A DNA stretch of 64,000 nucleotides from Chiloscyllium plagiosum (lineage: Eukaryota): assembly GCF_004010195.1 (NCBI RefSeq), contig NC_057728.1:49275065-49339064 (forward strand), in the 5' to 3' direction. Of this stretch, positions 39,352 to 51,436 are shown in pieces. Made by a program: the position numbers and the translations under genes. Below the pieces are notes generated by a model. It saw nothing but the letters and a program-made list of their open reading frames with translations. It had not been told where the DNA came from and did no database searches. Every line of letters starts with the position of its first letter. Position 1 is the stretch's first letter.

Positions 39352-40748
39352 CTGGGAATCAATAAAAATAAATAAGTTAGACAGAGAATTATAGAACAGT
39401 CACAGCACAGAAGGAGGCTATTCAGCCTATTGTAACTGTACTGCCTCTACACAAGAACATCTCAGCTAGGCCCTTTTGTTCTTTCCTCTCTGACCTGTAA
39501 AAGATCTCCCTGCACATGCTTATTCAATTCCATTTGAATGGCCTGGTTGAACCTGCCTCTTCCACTTCCCAAACAATGGCTCCCAGATCCAAACTATTCT
39601 CTGTCTCAAAGGATTTTTCCTTTGTGTCACTATTGGATCTTTCATTTGGTTCTGAGTATATCTGTCAATTGGATGTTTCTTTTGATTTCCAGTGTCTTAG
39701 CCTTTATGGTTTTAAACATTTCAACTAAATCCCTTCTTAAACTTCTCCAATCTAAGGATGCATTATAAAAAGCCAATGCTGAGAATTGCCTTACGCACCA
39801 CTCAAATGATGATATCATATGAACTTGATGGGGGAATATCTTAGGATCTCAAAGGATTGTGCTTTATCATCCAAGTCTCCCTTGTAGCTTCTGTAACAAT
39901 ATCTATCACATCAGTGCAATTTGTAATTCACTGTTAATATGCAACAATTGACATCTTGTTTAAGATAAGAGCCTCTTCTTGTTTAATTTCCAAGTGGTTT
40001 TGCTCTACCACACCAGATCCATGGACCTTGTAGATGTCTATCCCAGGACAGGGAAATGTTACAGATAGCCTTGTACAACAAAGTAACCGGTGGTGAGGGA
40101 ATGCTCAGACAACAGCTTCAACTCTCCAACCTCTGCATGTTTAGTCAGTATTTCTAATGATCCCTGTTTCTCAGTTTTTAGTCCACCCACTTCCTCTTTC
40201 ACCCTGACCTACAAAACATCTTCTTGCTTGATTACCACTTCTGCAATGCCTTCTGTCTCAATGGACAAAACTTCATTTTAGCCCACAATCTGCTCCATCC
40301 CTCCTCATAATACCTGTTTAACTACTTCTCTGCCCATTGAAGTCTTTATTTGGTCAGTTGAGTCATGAGGATGGCCCAGTAATTTTCAATTAAATTTCTT
40401 TTCCATATTCATTCTCAGAATTGGGGAATTACCAGCAAGACTGACAAATTATCGGCCAACTTGGTTATCTGGTTGTACTCAGGATCCTTAACTCCCCTGG
40501 GAATGGACAATTGGTCTCAGATGCTATAGCTGTCAGCTTGGCAGAAGTTGTCCTTGTTTGTGTGTTTTATGCATATGCAATGTCCTGGCTGATGTAATAT
40601 TCAAAACAACTAGCTATTAAGTACTATGCTGTCTTGGCAAACTATTTTGTTTACCAAGGCTGAGTCGACTTTCTGTTGTAGATTTCTCCTGGACATGTTT
40701 CCCCAGTTGCTGTCTGTAACTTAGAATAATCCAAAAGGACGGATGACC

Positions 40749-41060
40749 GTAAGACCATAAGACATAGGAGCAGAAATTAGGCCATTCAGCCCATCGAGTC
40801 TGTTCCACTATTCGATCATGGCTGATATGATTCTCAACATTCTCCTGCTTCTTCCCCGTAATCCTTGATCCCCTTGACAATCAAGAACATTTCTATCTCC
40901 CCCTTAAAATTAATCAATGACCTGCCCTGCAAGCCTTCTGTGGCGGTGAATTCCATAGATTCACCACTCCCTGGCTGAAGAAGTTTCTCCTCATCTCTGT
41001 TCTTAATGGTCTTCCCTTTACTCTTAGGCTATGTCTTGGCTCCTAGTCTCTCCTACCAAT
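40749..41060 (-). mobile_element. CR1 3' end
   Basis: taagaccataagacataggagcagaaattaggccattcagccc tail, reverse complemented. Confidence 0.9.
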
Positions 41061-41289
41061 GTATGGGTAGCAGTGAATCTACCCTAGGTTTCTCTGATGG
41101 TTCCAGAGGACATGACCATAACAAATAGCACAATCCACTGCCTGAGCCTTGTTATTCATGAGTCAGTGTCACTGTTCCATATGTGAACATCAGGAATCAA
41201 TGAAAATAGCTTATAAACTCTGTGACTGCTGAGAGTGCAATTCGACAGGGGGTAGGAATGATTGAAGGACAGCAAAGCTGGCAGACAAT

Positions 41290-41470
41290 AAGAGACAGTG
41301 AAAGAGAGACTGAGAATCAAAGACTCAAAGGAAGTAAGAAAGACGCACAGAGGAGGTAGCAAAAGACAGCAAAACTGGCAGAGAAGAGAGTGTGTGTGAG
41401 AGAGAAAGAGAGAGCTAAAGAGGGAGAGTCCGAGAGACAGAAAGAGAGAGAAAAAAGATTGGAGGAGAGT
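41290..41470 (+). repeat. GA-rich low-complexity tract
   Basis: Degenerate (GA)n/(GT)n. Confidence 0.8.
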
Positions 41471-42310
41471 GCATTCTTGTCAGCCTGTTTTGATCTGTTC
41501 CTCAATGTTCCTCACTCCCCTTTCAGGCACCAACTGTTTTCTACAAGACACTGTGTGGTTGATTATTATGCCAGCCAGGATATTGTACATGCATGAACCA
41601 CACTAACAAAGACAACATCTGCTAAGTTCGGCTTTCAATGTTGGGATTTGGGAGAACGTGAATTAAGTTAAGTTTAATTCTGTTTTTATTGTTTCTATAA
41701 ACTTCCATGAAAAAGGTAATAATTATATTTAATCCTTATTTGTAAGTTACTTCTGTGATTAACGTGAATTGTGGTTGTCAGTTATTGAATGGGGTTGACT
41801 TGTGTTTCTCATTACAGCCAATGAGCATCAGAGAAGTGGCTCTAACCTAAATATTACTTACCTTTAAACAATCTTATAAGTTTGTGCTCTTGATGTATTA
41901 ATCTTGTCATTTGATTTTTAGTTTTATGGTAAGATTAACATTTTGTTGAGTCTTACGAAATGTTCAAATGATCAAATAATGTGCGAGTAGATATCACTTG
42001 AGCATTATCACATGATTAAATGTCACATGCTCCAATCTCCAATAATATCTCAAACAGTGATGTTACTGTTATTGTACCACTGAGATTGGATATAATCAAA
42101 TGATATAACAAGTTATTTCTGACAATAGCTGAAATACAATAATTTTGTGAGATTGGAATCAAATAGAGAACCTAGAGGACAGATGGCAGTTTCCTTCCCT
42201 GAAGAACATTAATGAACCAATAGTCTTTTTTCATGACAATCTGACAGCCTTATAGTCATTTTATTAACAGCAGTTTCCAATTTCTAGACTTGTAAATTCC
42301 TGGTAATGCA

Positions 42311-42661
42311 GGGGCATGGATAGGATAAATAGATAAAGTCTTTTCCCTGGGGGTCAGGGAGTCCAGAACTAGAGGGCATAGGTTTAGGGTGAGAGGGGAA
42401 AGATATAAAAGAGACCTAAGGGGCAACTTTTTCACACAGAGGGTGGTACGTGTATGGAATGAGCTGCCCGAGGAAGTGGTGGAGGCTGGTACAATTGCAA
42501 CATTTAAGAGGCATTTGTTTGGGTATATGAATAGGAAGGGTTTGGAGGGATATGGGCCTGGTGCTGGCAGGTGGGACTTAATTGGGTTGGGATATCTGGT
42601 CGGCATGGTCGGGTTGGACCGAAGGGTCTGTTTCCTTGCTGTACATCTCTATGAATCTATG
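42311..42661 (+). mobile_element. CR1 (HER1-type) 3' end
   Basis: RGERYKRDLRGNFFTQRVVRVWNELPEEVVEAG; tctatgaatctatg tail. Confidence 0.95.
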
Positions 42662-44849
42662 TTAGTGATGATGATATATACAATGAAATAATGCTGACAG
42701 CTAACCTAACTTTGAAAAGAGTGTTACAGTCCTAATTCATGGCAATGCTGGACAATCCCATAATGCAAATTGATACACAGACTGTAAGTTTGGTTTGTGC
42801 TATTTGTTTATGGTGTGGTCCATCACTAAACATATTCTCAAGAGACTGCGAATGTACTTTTAACGAAAAGAAATTAAGGTTTATTGCACTCAAAAGGAAA
42901 ATAAAACAATTTCACATTATATTACAACTGTTGGGAACACTCATTAAAAATATTTGGAATAATGGTTCAATCCTTTTACTTTCAACAACAATTTTACAGA
43001 TACTCAAACCTCAATGACAGATCACCCTGTTGGCAACTCTCTTTCTTCTTCAGGTGGCACAACTGCACCTGCTTTCCTTTCAGCATATGTCTGCATTTAC
43101 TCAAACGCTATTTCCTTTAGTTAACATATCTTCATGAGATCCTGAAACAAACTGCTAACACAGTTCATTTATTTCTTAACAAAGATTCCTTAAATTCCTC
43201 CTCCACAGACACCTGGCCCTGGAGTTTTCCCTCACAGACATTAAACAACCAAGACTTGTTTTCTCCTGCCCTGACTATTCTGGTGGCTGTTAAACTGCAC
43301 TGCTAAACTTATGGGCTGTTTATCTCTGAATGGCCACCTTCTACCTGAAATAAATATGTGTATTCCTTGGCTTCCCTGGGATGGTTCTATCTTTCTAAAG
43401 TAACTGATTTCTGTGCCTGTTTCCCATCTAATAGGGCATCTAGTTGATAGGCAAAAGCCCAATTTCCACCTCTCTTTTAAGTTTTGCTTTCTATAGCACT
43501 GAACTGTTCACCTTAGAGCTGAACTGTCTGATTTAAATGCATTTAAACAAATTTCCAGACACCTTCATACCAATCAAAGAACTCAAAAGTGAAACTAAAT
43601 TCTTTGTTCCTTAACCCACACAATATAGAAACAACAAAATGAAATTTAAAGCTGTACATGGAGCTGTCCATTTTAGAGCCCAAGGATTCAAATGATGATA
43701 ACAATAATATATCTTGACCTTGAAGAGGAATACATGAACTGTACTGAACAGTTGTAAACAGTAGTGTACATTGTAGACCACTGATCTCTGCAATTGCATT
43801 TTAATACTTATGAAACTATTTTCAAAAAACAGGTTTAAGGTGAGAGGGGAAAGATTTAAAAAGGATCTAAGGTTTAACTTTTTAATGCAGAGGATGGTGA
43901 GTGTATGGAACGAGCTGCCAGAGGAATTGGTGTAGGTCAGTATAATGACAACATTTAAAAGGCATTTGGATGGGTATATGAACAGTAAGGGTTTAGAGGG
44001 ATATGAACCAAATACTGACATATGGGACAAGGTCAGATTGGGATGTCTGATTGGGATGGACAAGTTGGACCAAAGGGTCAGTTTCCATGCTGTTTGACTC
44101 TATGACAACATGGTTAGAAAAAATTACTACAATACATACTGAAATCTGTCAGATGTTGACTGTCAATGTTACTTTAAGATATTTTAACACAAAACTGTTT
44201 TACTTCAAATGGATTGTGATTAAGAAATTACTTTTAAAGGGGCACAGTGTAGGTATTTGAATAGGGTATTAGAAGGATATGAGGAAAGGGTAGGGAAAGG
44301 CAGTTAGCTCCATTTGAAAATAGAACACAGATGCAATTGGGCAATTAGCCTTCCTTCTGAAGCTTGGTCAGTGTTGTTCTATTGGCAGTCAATTTGTACT
44401 CAGTGAACTTTCACAAATGGCTATGCCATCATGAATCGATCATCCTTTCAGTGTTATTGATTGAAGGATAAATGTTAGCAAGGACTTCAGGGAAATCATA
44501 TCTCGTCTGTTTCATGCCATGGGGTCTTTTATACTGACCTGGTCATTTGTGAGATGTGGAATCATTCTGTGCTGAAATTGGTTGCTACGTTTCTTACGTT
44601 ACAAAGGTGACTATGCTTGATAAGGACTGCATCGGCTGTGAAATATTTTAGGACTTCCTGAAGTTACGATAGGTTCTATAAAAATGCAAATCTTTCTTCA
44701 TTGTCTAAAATAATTGACACAGATAATGAGCAGTTGCCTCAAATATCACTTGCCCGACACCATCGTCTGAACCCCGGAAGTAAGCCTCTCACTATATTGT
44801 CTAATTTCCAAACAAATCAAATTTGACTGAATCCCACTGCTTCGCCCAC

Positions 44850-45007
44850 CTTTCATGTACTTTCTGTTTAAGTACAGCAAGATGATTATCAGTGGTTTCT
44901 TCAACTTTGCTTGATTTTTGCGGCAGAAAGCAATTGTTGGCGTTCTTGGTCCCAGTCTCTTGCAATTGCTTTGGTTGAATATTCCTTATCCACTCGGTTT
45001 TCCCGAT
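44850..45007 (-). CDS. EFCAB6-like: EFCAB6-like coding exon D (158 bp, phase 0 to 2)
   Basis: Acceptor gttttcttccatAG, donor AAG|GTGGGC; encodes IGKTEWIRNIQPKQLQETGTKNANNCFLPQKSSKVEETTDNHLAVLKQKVHE(S). Phase matches exons C and E. Confidence 0.85.
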
Positions 45008-45576
45008 CTATGGAAGAAAACTTCAAACTAATAAACAGTACTCTATAAGTACTAGCTGAGGTGAGATCCTTGCAACTAAGTGATTGATTTGGGGCTTGAA
45101 AAGGTGACCAAATGATGATGTGGTGCAGCATTAAATAGCCGTCCTGAAATCTTGTACTTTTACCATTAGCTTGAAATTTGTGATCATATGAACGTAAGAG
45201 TAAGAGGAGGACAGCTCTTGAGCCTACTCTGCCATTTAACAAAATCGTGAAAGATCTGATTTCCCTATATTCCTGCCTAGTCCCAATAAACTTTCACCTC
45301 ATGGGTTATAAAAAATCTATCCACCTCTACTTTAAAAAAAAATCAAAAACTCTTCTTTCACCATTTTTTTGAGAAACAGAGTTCTTAAGAGTCACAACGC
45401 TCTGTGTGGAAAGATTTCTCCTAATCTTTGTCTCAAATGAGCAACCCCTGATTTTTAAGCAGTGACCTTGAGTTAATGATGCTCCCACAAGAGGAAGCAT
45501 CTTTTCCATATCCAGTTTGCTATAATTCAAGGCCTAGTCTGTCCAACTGTTCCTCATCAAACCATCCATGTATTTG

Positions 45577-46440
45577 AAACAACAAACAGAAATTGCTGGG
45601 AAAACTCAGCAGGTCTGTCAGCATCCGTGGAGAGAAGGCAGAGTTAACGTTTCAGGTCCAGTGACGCTTCTTCAGAACTGGGTGTACTTTGGGAAAGGTT
45701 AGTATCAATGCTGAAGGTGGGGAGGAGGAGGAGTAAATGGTAGGTGGAGATGGAGCCCAAAGACAGGACATATTTGGGCAGACAAAGGAGTGGGTAAAGG
45801 CCAATGTAGGAGAGTGAATAGCTGCTAATGGGGACCATCAGTCACTGACAATGGGTGTTTGTGGTGATAGCCCACGTGATGACAAGTCTGTTTTTTGGGG
45901 GGGGTTGAGGTAAGGACACAGGAGAAGGTACTCAGGCCCGAAAATTAATGAACTCCATACTGTGTCATGAAGTCTGCAGGGTCCGTAAACGGAAGATGAG
46001 GTGTTGTTCTTCTAGCTTGCACTGAGCTTCTCTGGAGCATGGCAAAGAGCTTGAGACAGACATGTTGGCTAGAGAACATGAGATGTGTTGAAGCGGCAGG
46101 CAACAGGAAGCTCAGGGTCATTTCTGAGGATGGAACATAGATGTTCTGCAACAGTCACCCAATTTGAGTTTCATTTCCGCAATGTAGAATAGATCACATT
46201 GTGAGCAGTGAATACAGTAGTCTAGATTGAATAAAATGCAGGTAAATTGCTACTTTACCTGGAAGGCTTGGATAGTTTGGAGTGAGGAAGTAAACAGGCA
46301 GGTATTACACCTTCTGCCGTTGCAAGAGAAGGTACTGGGGGCTGTGGGGAGGTGTTGTGAGTGGAGGAGTGGACGAAGGTGTCCCTGAGGGAATGAAGGC
46401 TGACGAGGGAGGGGAGGGGAACCATGTATCTGGAGGCGGC
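45577..46440 (-). mobile_element. Penelope-like element: decayed GIY-YIG endonuclease plus pLTR
   Basis: Minus strand reads CNGRRCNTC...FQVK*QFTCILFNLDYCIHCSQCDLFYIAEMKLKLGD (degenerate NLVY...YIGET). pLTR hammerhead core at 45650-45675. Confidence 0.85.
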
Positions 46441-46595
46441 GTCGCCCTGTACAACTGAAGCATAGCCTCCCTACCTTTGTATTCAATTCTACCTTGTAGT
46501 GCATGAGACCTTTCTATTAACTTTCCTAATTACTCGCAGTTGTTGGATACCAGTCAGCATTGGGCACATTCAACAAGCAGAAATATTTCACCCAT

Positions 46596-47075
46596 GGTGT
46601 GGCTCAGTGGCTAGCAATGCTACCTCACAGCGCTAGGGAACCAGGTTCGAATTCACCCTCAGGTAACTACCTGTGTGGAGTTTGCACATTCCTCTGGGTG
46701 CTCCTGTTTCCTCCTACAGTCCAAAGATGTGCAGGTTGCTCAGTGGCTAGCAATGCTACCTCACAGCGCTAGGGAACCAGGTTCGAATTCACCCTCAAGT
46801 AACTACCTGTGTGGAGTTTGCACATTCTCCCTGTATTTGCGTGGGTTTCCTCTGGGTGCTCCTGTTTCCTCCTACAGTCCAAAGATGTGCAGGTTAGGTG
46901 GATTGGCCACGCTAAATTGTCCACAGTGTCCATGGATGTGTAGGTTAGGGTGGATTGGCTATTGGAAATGTAGGGTTACAGGGATGGGGTGGGTCTGGGT
47001 GGGATACCCTTTAGAGGGTTGGTTTGGACTCGATGGGCTGAATGGCCTGCTTCCACACTATAGGGATTCTATGAT
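46596..47075 (+). mobile_element. HE1 SINE with tandemly duplicated 5' part
   Basis: gctcagtggctagcaatgctacctcacagcgctagggaaccaggttcgaattc occurs twice (46602 and 46738). Confidence 0.9.
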
Positions 47076-47288
47076 TTGAGATTGTCAAGAGCGATATACA
47101 AACATAAGCAGAGAGCTGTTCTATGTAAATAAAAGAATTTATTCAAGTCTTGCACCTTTTATGAATTACCTAGGTGCTTGGAGAGCCTATAGTTCTCCAT
47201 AGCTTTCTCATGACAAGTTCTCATTGCCAATAAAATTAAATTTGTCAGCCAATCAACAGCTGTTCTCTTGCATGATAAATGGTTGTGG

Positions 47289-49055
47289 ACCTGCACACAC
47301 ACACCATGGGTGCTGGGGATAAAATAAGCACTACCGCACTTAGGTGGTAGTGTGGGGTTAAAAAAGAAAAGGAAAAAAAAAGATAAAAAAAAATGGTTGT
47401 GGTACTGGGCGGTGGGGATCCCCCAGTGGAGGGCTCTCTATGCAGGAGTCCTTCCCCTTTCACTCAGCGATCTGGGGAGGAGGGTGCTGCACGCAGCAGT
47501 CCCCTGCAACCACAGGTTGCGGTGGTTCACGGACTCCCAGCCCAACTGCTTGTTCTGTGGCGCTGTGGAGTCCGTGGACCACATGTATATTGGGTGTGGG
47601 CATTTGCACTCCCTTTCTGATTTTCTTAAAAACCTCCTCCTCTGCTTTTGGTTGCACTTCCGTCCCGCGCTCCTGATCTTCGGGCACCCGGCTCTTCCGC
47701 GTTAGAGCCCGGGATGGCCTTGGAGAAGGAGCACGCGGTCTCCACCAACACCCTGGAGTTGTTCAGGGATAGGTGGGCGCCGCAGGGAGTGGACTGCATT
47801 ATTTCCCCCTCCAACTCTATTTTGATTTAATCCCTGCCCTCCCTTCACTGTTTGATCACACAGCATTGCCTTATGTGAAGGGCACTGCTTGTCACTGGCC
47901 ACTCAGGTGTTTCCTTTCTTCCTGGTGGTGGAAATTGAATAAAGATTCGTGCACCTTGTGTCTCTCACTGTGTGTCACACCTGCACACACACAACATGGG
48001 TGCTGGGGAAAAAATAAGCACTACCGCAGTTAGGCGGTAGTGTGGGGGTTAATATAGAAAAGAAAAAAAATAGGAGTGTCAGAGATTCTGAGAGCTGGCT
48101 CTGAGGGAGCTGGATCAGTGTCAAAGACTCTCCATATGTTTTTAAAAAATGGTTGTGGTACCGGGCGGTGGGGATCCCCAGTGGAGGGCTCTCTACGTGG
48201 GAGCCCTTCCCCTTTCACTCAGCGATCTGGGGGGGGAGGGTGCTGCACGCAGCGGTCCACTGCAACTGCAGATTGTGGTGGTTCACGGACTCCCAGTCCA
48301 ACTGCTTGTTCTGTGGCGCTGTGGAGTCCGTGGACCATGTATATATTGGTGTGGGCGTCTGCACTCCCTTTTTGATTTTCTCAAAAACCTCCTCCTCTGC
48401 TTTTGGCTGCACTTCAGTCCCACGCTCCTGATCTGCGGGCACCCGGTACGTAGGAAGGAGGGCAGGTCTGAAGACCTCCTCATGGGTCTGCTCCTGGGCC
48501 TGGCCAAACTGGCCATAGACAGGTCAGGCAGCGGGCCGTGGAGGGGGTTATTAGGGCCGACTGCCTGCCCCTCTTCTGCGGTTACATTAGGGCCCGGGTG
48601 TCCTTGGAGAAGGAGCACGTGGTGTCCACCAACGCCCTGGAGTTGTTCAGGGAGAGGTGGCCGCCGCAGGGAGTGGACTGCATTATTTCCCCCTCCAACT
48701 CTATTTTGATTTGATCCCTGCCCTCCCCTTCACTGTTTGATCACACAGCATTGCCCTTTGATGTGAAGGGGACTGTTTGTCACTGGCCACTCGGGTGTTT
48801 CCTTTCTTCCTGGTGGTGGAAATTGAATAAAGATTCGTGTACTTTGTGTCTCTCACTGTGTCTTACACCTGCACACACACAGCATGGGTGCTGGGGAAAA
48901 AATAAGCACTACCGCAGTTAGGCGGTAGTGTGGGGTAAAAAAAACTGGTTGTGGTACCGGACGGTGGGGATCTTTCACTGTGTCTCACACCTGCACACAC
49001 TGGGAAAAAGCATTGCCTCAGTTAGGCGGTAGAGTGGGGGGAAAGAGAAAAAACC
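47289..49055 (+). mobile_element. Tandem array of four 5'-truncated Tx1-clade LINE ends
   Basis: ORF2 C-terminus with CCHC knuckle CLFCGAVESVDHMYIGC, AATAAA, terminal hairpin, A-rich tails; flanked by taaatggttgtgg direct repeats. Confidence 0.88.
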
Positions 49056-49575
49056 TAAATGGTTGTGGTCATTTGGAATTTGGCATTCTTGCATTTGTCT
49101 TGATGAGCGCAAAATGAAAAGCTGCTGCAGCATCAAAATGGAGAAAGATTGCTGGCAGCTCAGAATGGAACATGGCATATACAGAAAGGTTTAATTCTAG
49201 TACACTTCCTGTAATTTTCGATTGGAAATGATTTGTCCTTGGACTGTATGCCTAACATGGAATGTGTGATGTAAATGTAAGAGCATTGAAGTCCATAAGA
49301 GTTGAACATGGTGCATGGAGACAGGGGATGTCATTTTCCCCTCTATGGAGTTGGCAAGAAAGCTAGTGAGAAGGGTCAGTAACATGTTAGCCCCAAAACG
49401 ATTCTAGCCATGCCCCCACCCAGTTCCCATCAGTTCAGCAACGGGGTTCTGTCCATAAGCTACCTTCTCAAGCCACCACCAATTACCACCTCTAAGTGTT
49501 CAATTAACAACACAGAAGGGCTTCACCAGCCACCAGCCCGATTACCTACCTTCCTCGCTCACGAGAGAAGTGACT

Positions 49576-49869
49576 GATTAGATTCGCTACAGTGGGAAAG
49601 CAGGCTCTTTGGCTGAACAAGTCCACACTGACCCTCTGAAGAGTAATCCACCCAGACCCATTTCCCTCTGACTAATGCACCTAACATTAGCGTGGCCATT
49701 TCACCTAACCTGCACATCTGGGATTGTGGGAAGAAACCGGAGCACCTGGAGGAAACCCACGCAGACACGGGGAGAATATGCAAACTTCACACAGTCACAA
49801 GAGCCTGGAATCGAACCAGGTCCCTGGGCACTGTGAGGCAGCAGTGCTAACCACTAAGCCACCGTGCCA
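49576..49869 (-). mobile_element. HE1 SINE
   Basis: tRNA head, V-domain and tail, reverse complemented. Confidence 0.92.
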
Positions 49870-50585
49870 CTCAATTTGCATTCCCTGTTTGGTAACCAGG
49901 ATAACCTGCTGGCCGAGTTGTGGAGGGGTATCTGTATTTGCCTCCGTCTGGGGTAGCAACTGGGTGTTACCACTGAAAAACAAACACATGCCCTCCGCTT
50001 TAACTCATTGAGCATCCTGTCCCGACCATCCCATTCTGATCTCCAACATAATTGCCTCCTGTACCTTCCCCCTACACTTGCCCCTGAAGGCTAAACAGCT
50101 TGAGCCTCCAGGTTTTGCTTGTACATTCCTTAAGGCCTGTCCCCTCTGATTGGGGAAGAATCCTCAGGCACATTCGGACTCAATCCAGCAGATTTTCTCA
50201 TTGGCCGGAGCTGGTTTAGGGTTGCGATTCGGAGTTTGTTGTCCTTGAGGACACCCAGAGAGGGCCCTCTTTTGATGCAGTGGCAATGTCCTGACCCCTG
50301 GGACATAGAGACCTAAGTTCAGGTCCCACCTGCTTCAGAGGTAAATGGGTTGATTCAGAAAAGCAGGTTAATTAAAAAAAGTAAAGGCACCCAGAGCACT
50401 AAACCCTGGCCAGGCTCAATTTAACTCTGTAATCTTCAAGCTAAAATGTTTGTGCTTTCACAATTTTATGAATAAGATGTACTTGTGCAAACAAAGCCTC
50501 TAGCAACATGTTTGAAATATATAAGCTACTCCATTTTTTAACAAAGGCATCACAGGAATGATTTCTGTTAACGACCTCTTCTTAC

Positions 50586-50652
50586 CTCAGTGTCCTGGAA
50601 ACGGCTGACAAAGTCAGCAAAGGAGAATCGTGATAGTCCAGCCATTCCTAAA
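50586..50652 (-). CDS. EFCAB6-like: EFCAB6-like coding exon C (67 bp, phase 2 to 0)
   Basis: Acceptor ctttcatctctttgcAG, donor GAG|GTAAGA; encodes (S)LGMAGLSRFSFADFVSRFQDTE. Confidence 0.92.
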
Positions 50653-51436
50653 CTGCAAAGAGATGAAAGTAGAAGCTGTTTAATAATTATCTTCATTCTG
50701 ACAATAAACATCGACATAAAAAATCTACCCTGTCAGCAGAACACACACTGAACAAAGACACAATCACCACAGATTAGGAGGAAAGCACAGACAGACCGAA
50801 TAATCCCCAAAGGCAAAATTGGAGTTTAATATGGTCCGCAATCAGAGCTGCAAGTTCTGATTAGTGGCTTGTAATATCCTCCCCCTCCCCCCTCCCCCAG
50901 GTACAAAACTATTCCAAATGCCCACACATATGTAACATACAGCAGTGTTTCTCTAGTGTGTGGGGATAAGGCAGGGAAGTAGAATTGAAGATTATCAGGT
51001 GTGAACTGGAATATCCATGTGGCTACAAGACTAGGCCAGAGGCTAGGAATCCTGCACATAGTAACTCACGTCTTGTCTCCCCAAAGTCTATCCACCATCT
51101 ACAAGGCACAAGTCAGGAGTGTGAAGGAACACTCCCCACCTGCCTGGATGAGTGCACTGAAGAAGCTTGACACCATCCAGGACAAAGCAGCCCACCTGAT
51201 TGGCACCACATCCCCTACATTGACTCCCTTCCCCACCAATGCTGTGAGGCAGCAGTATGTACTATCTACAAGATGCACAGCAGAAATTCATCTGTGCTCC
51301 TCTGAAAGCTGTTTCTGGACCCACAACCACTTCCATTTAGAAAGACAAGGGGAGTAGATACCTGGGAACACCAGCGCCTTAAAGATAACAAGCCACACAT
51401 AACCCTCACTTGGGTATATATTGTTGTACCTTCAGA

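Noticed and set aside
40655..40713. Candidate 59-bp minus-strand exon
   Set aside because: It would frameshift between exons D and E, and the splice sites are weak.
44901..45007. Alternative frame DRENRVDKEYSTKAIARDWDQERQQLLSAAKIKQS* as a terminal exon
   Set aside because: Upstream exon C ends in phase 0, selecting the IGKTEW frame, which continues in frame into exon E.
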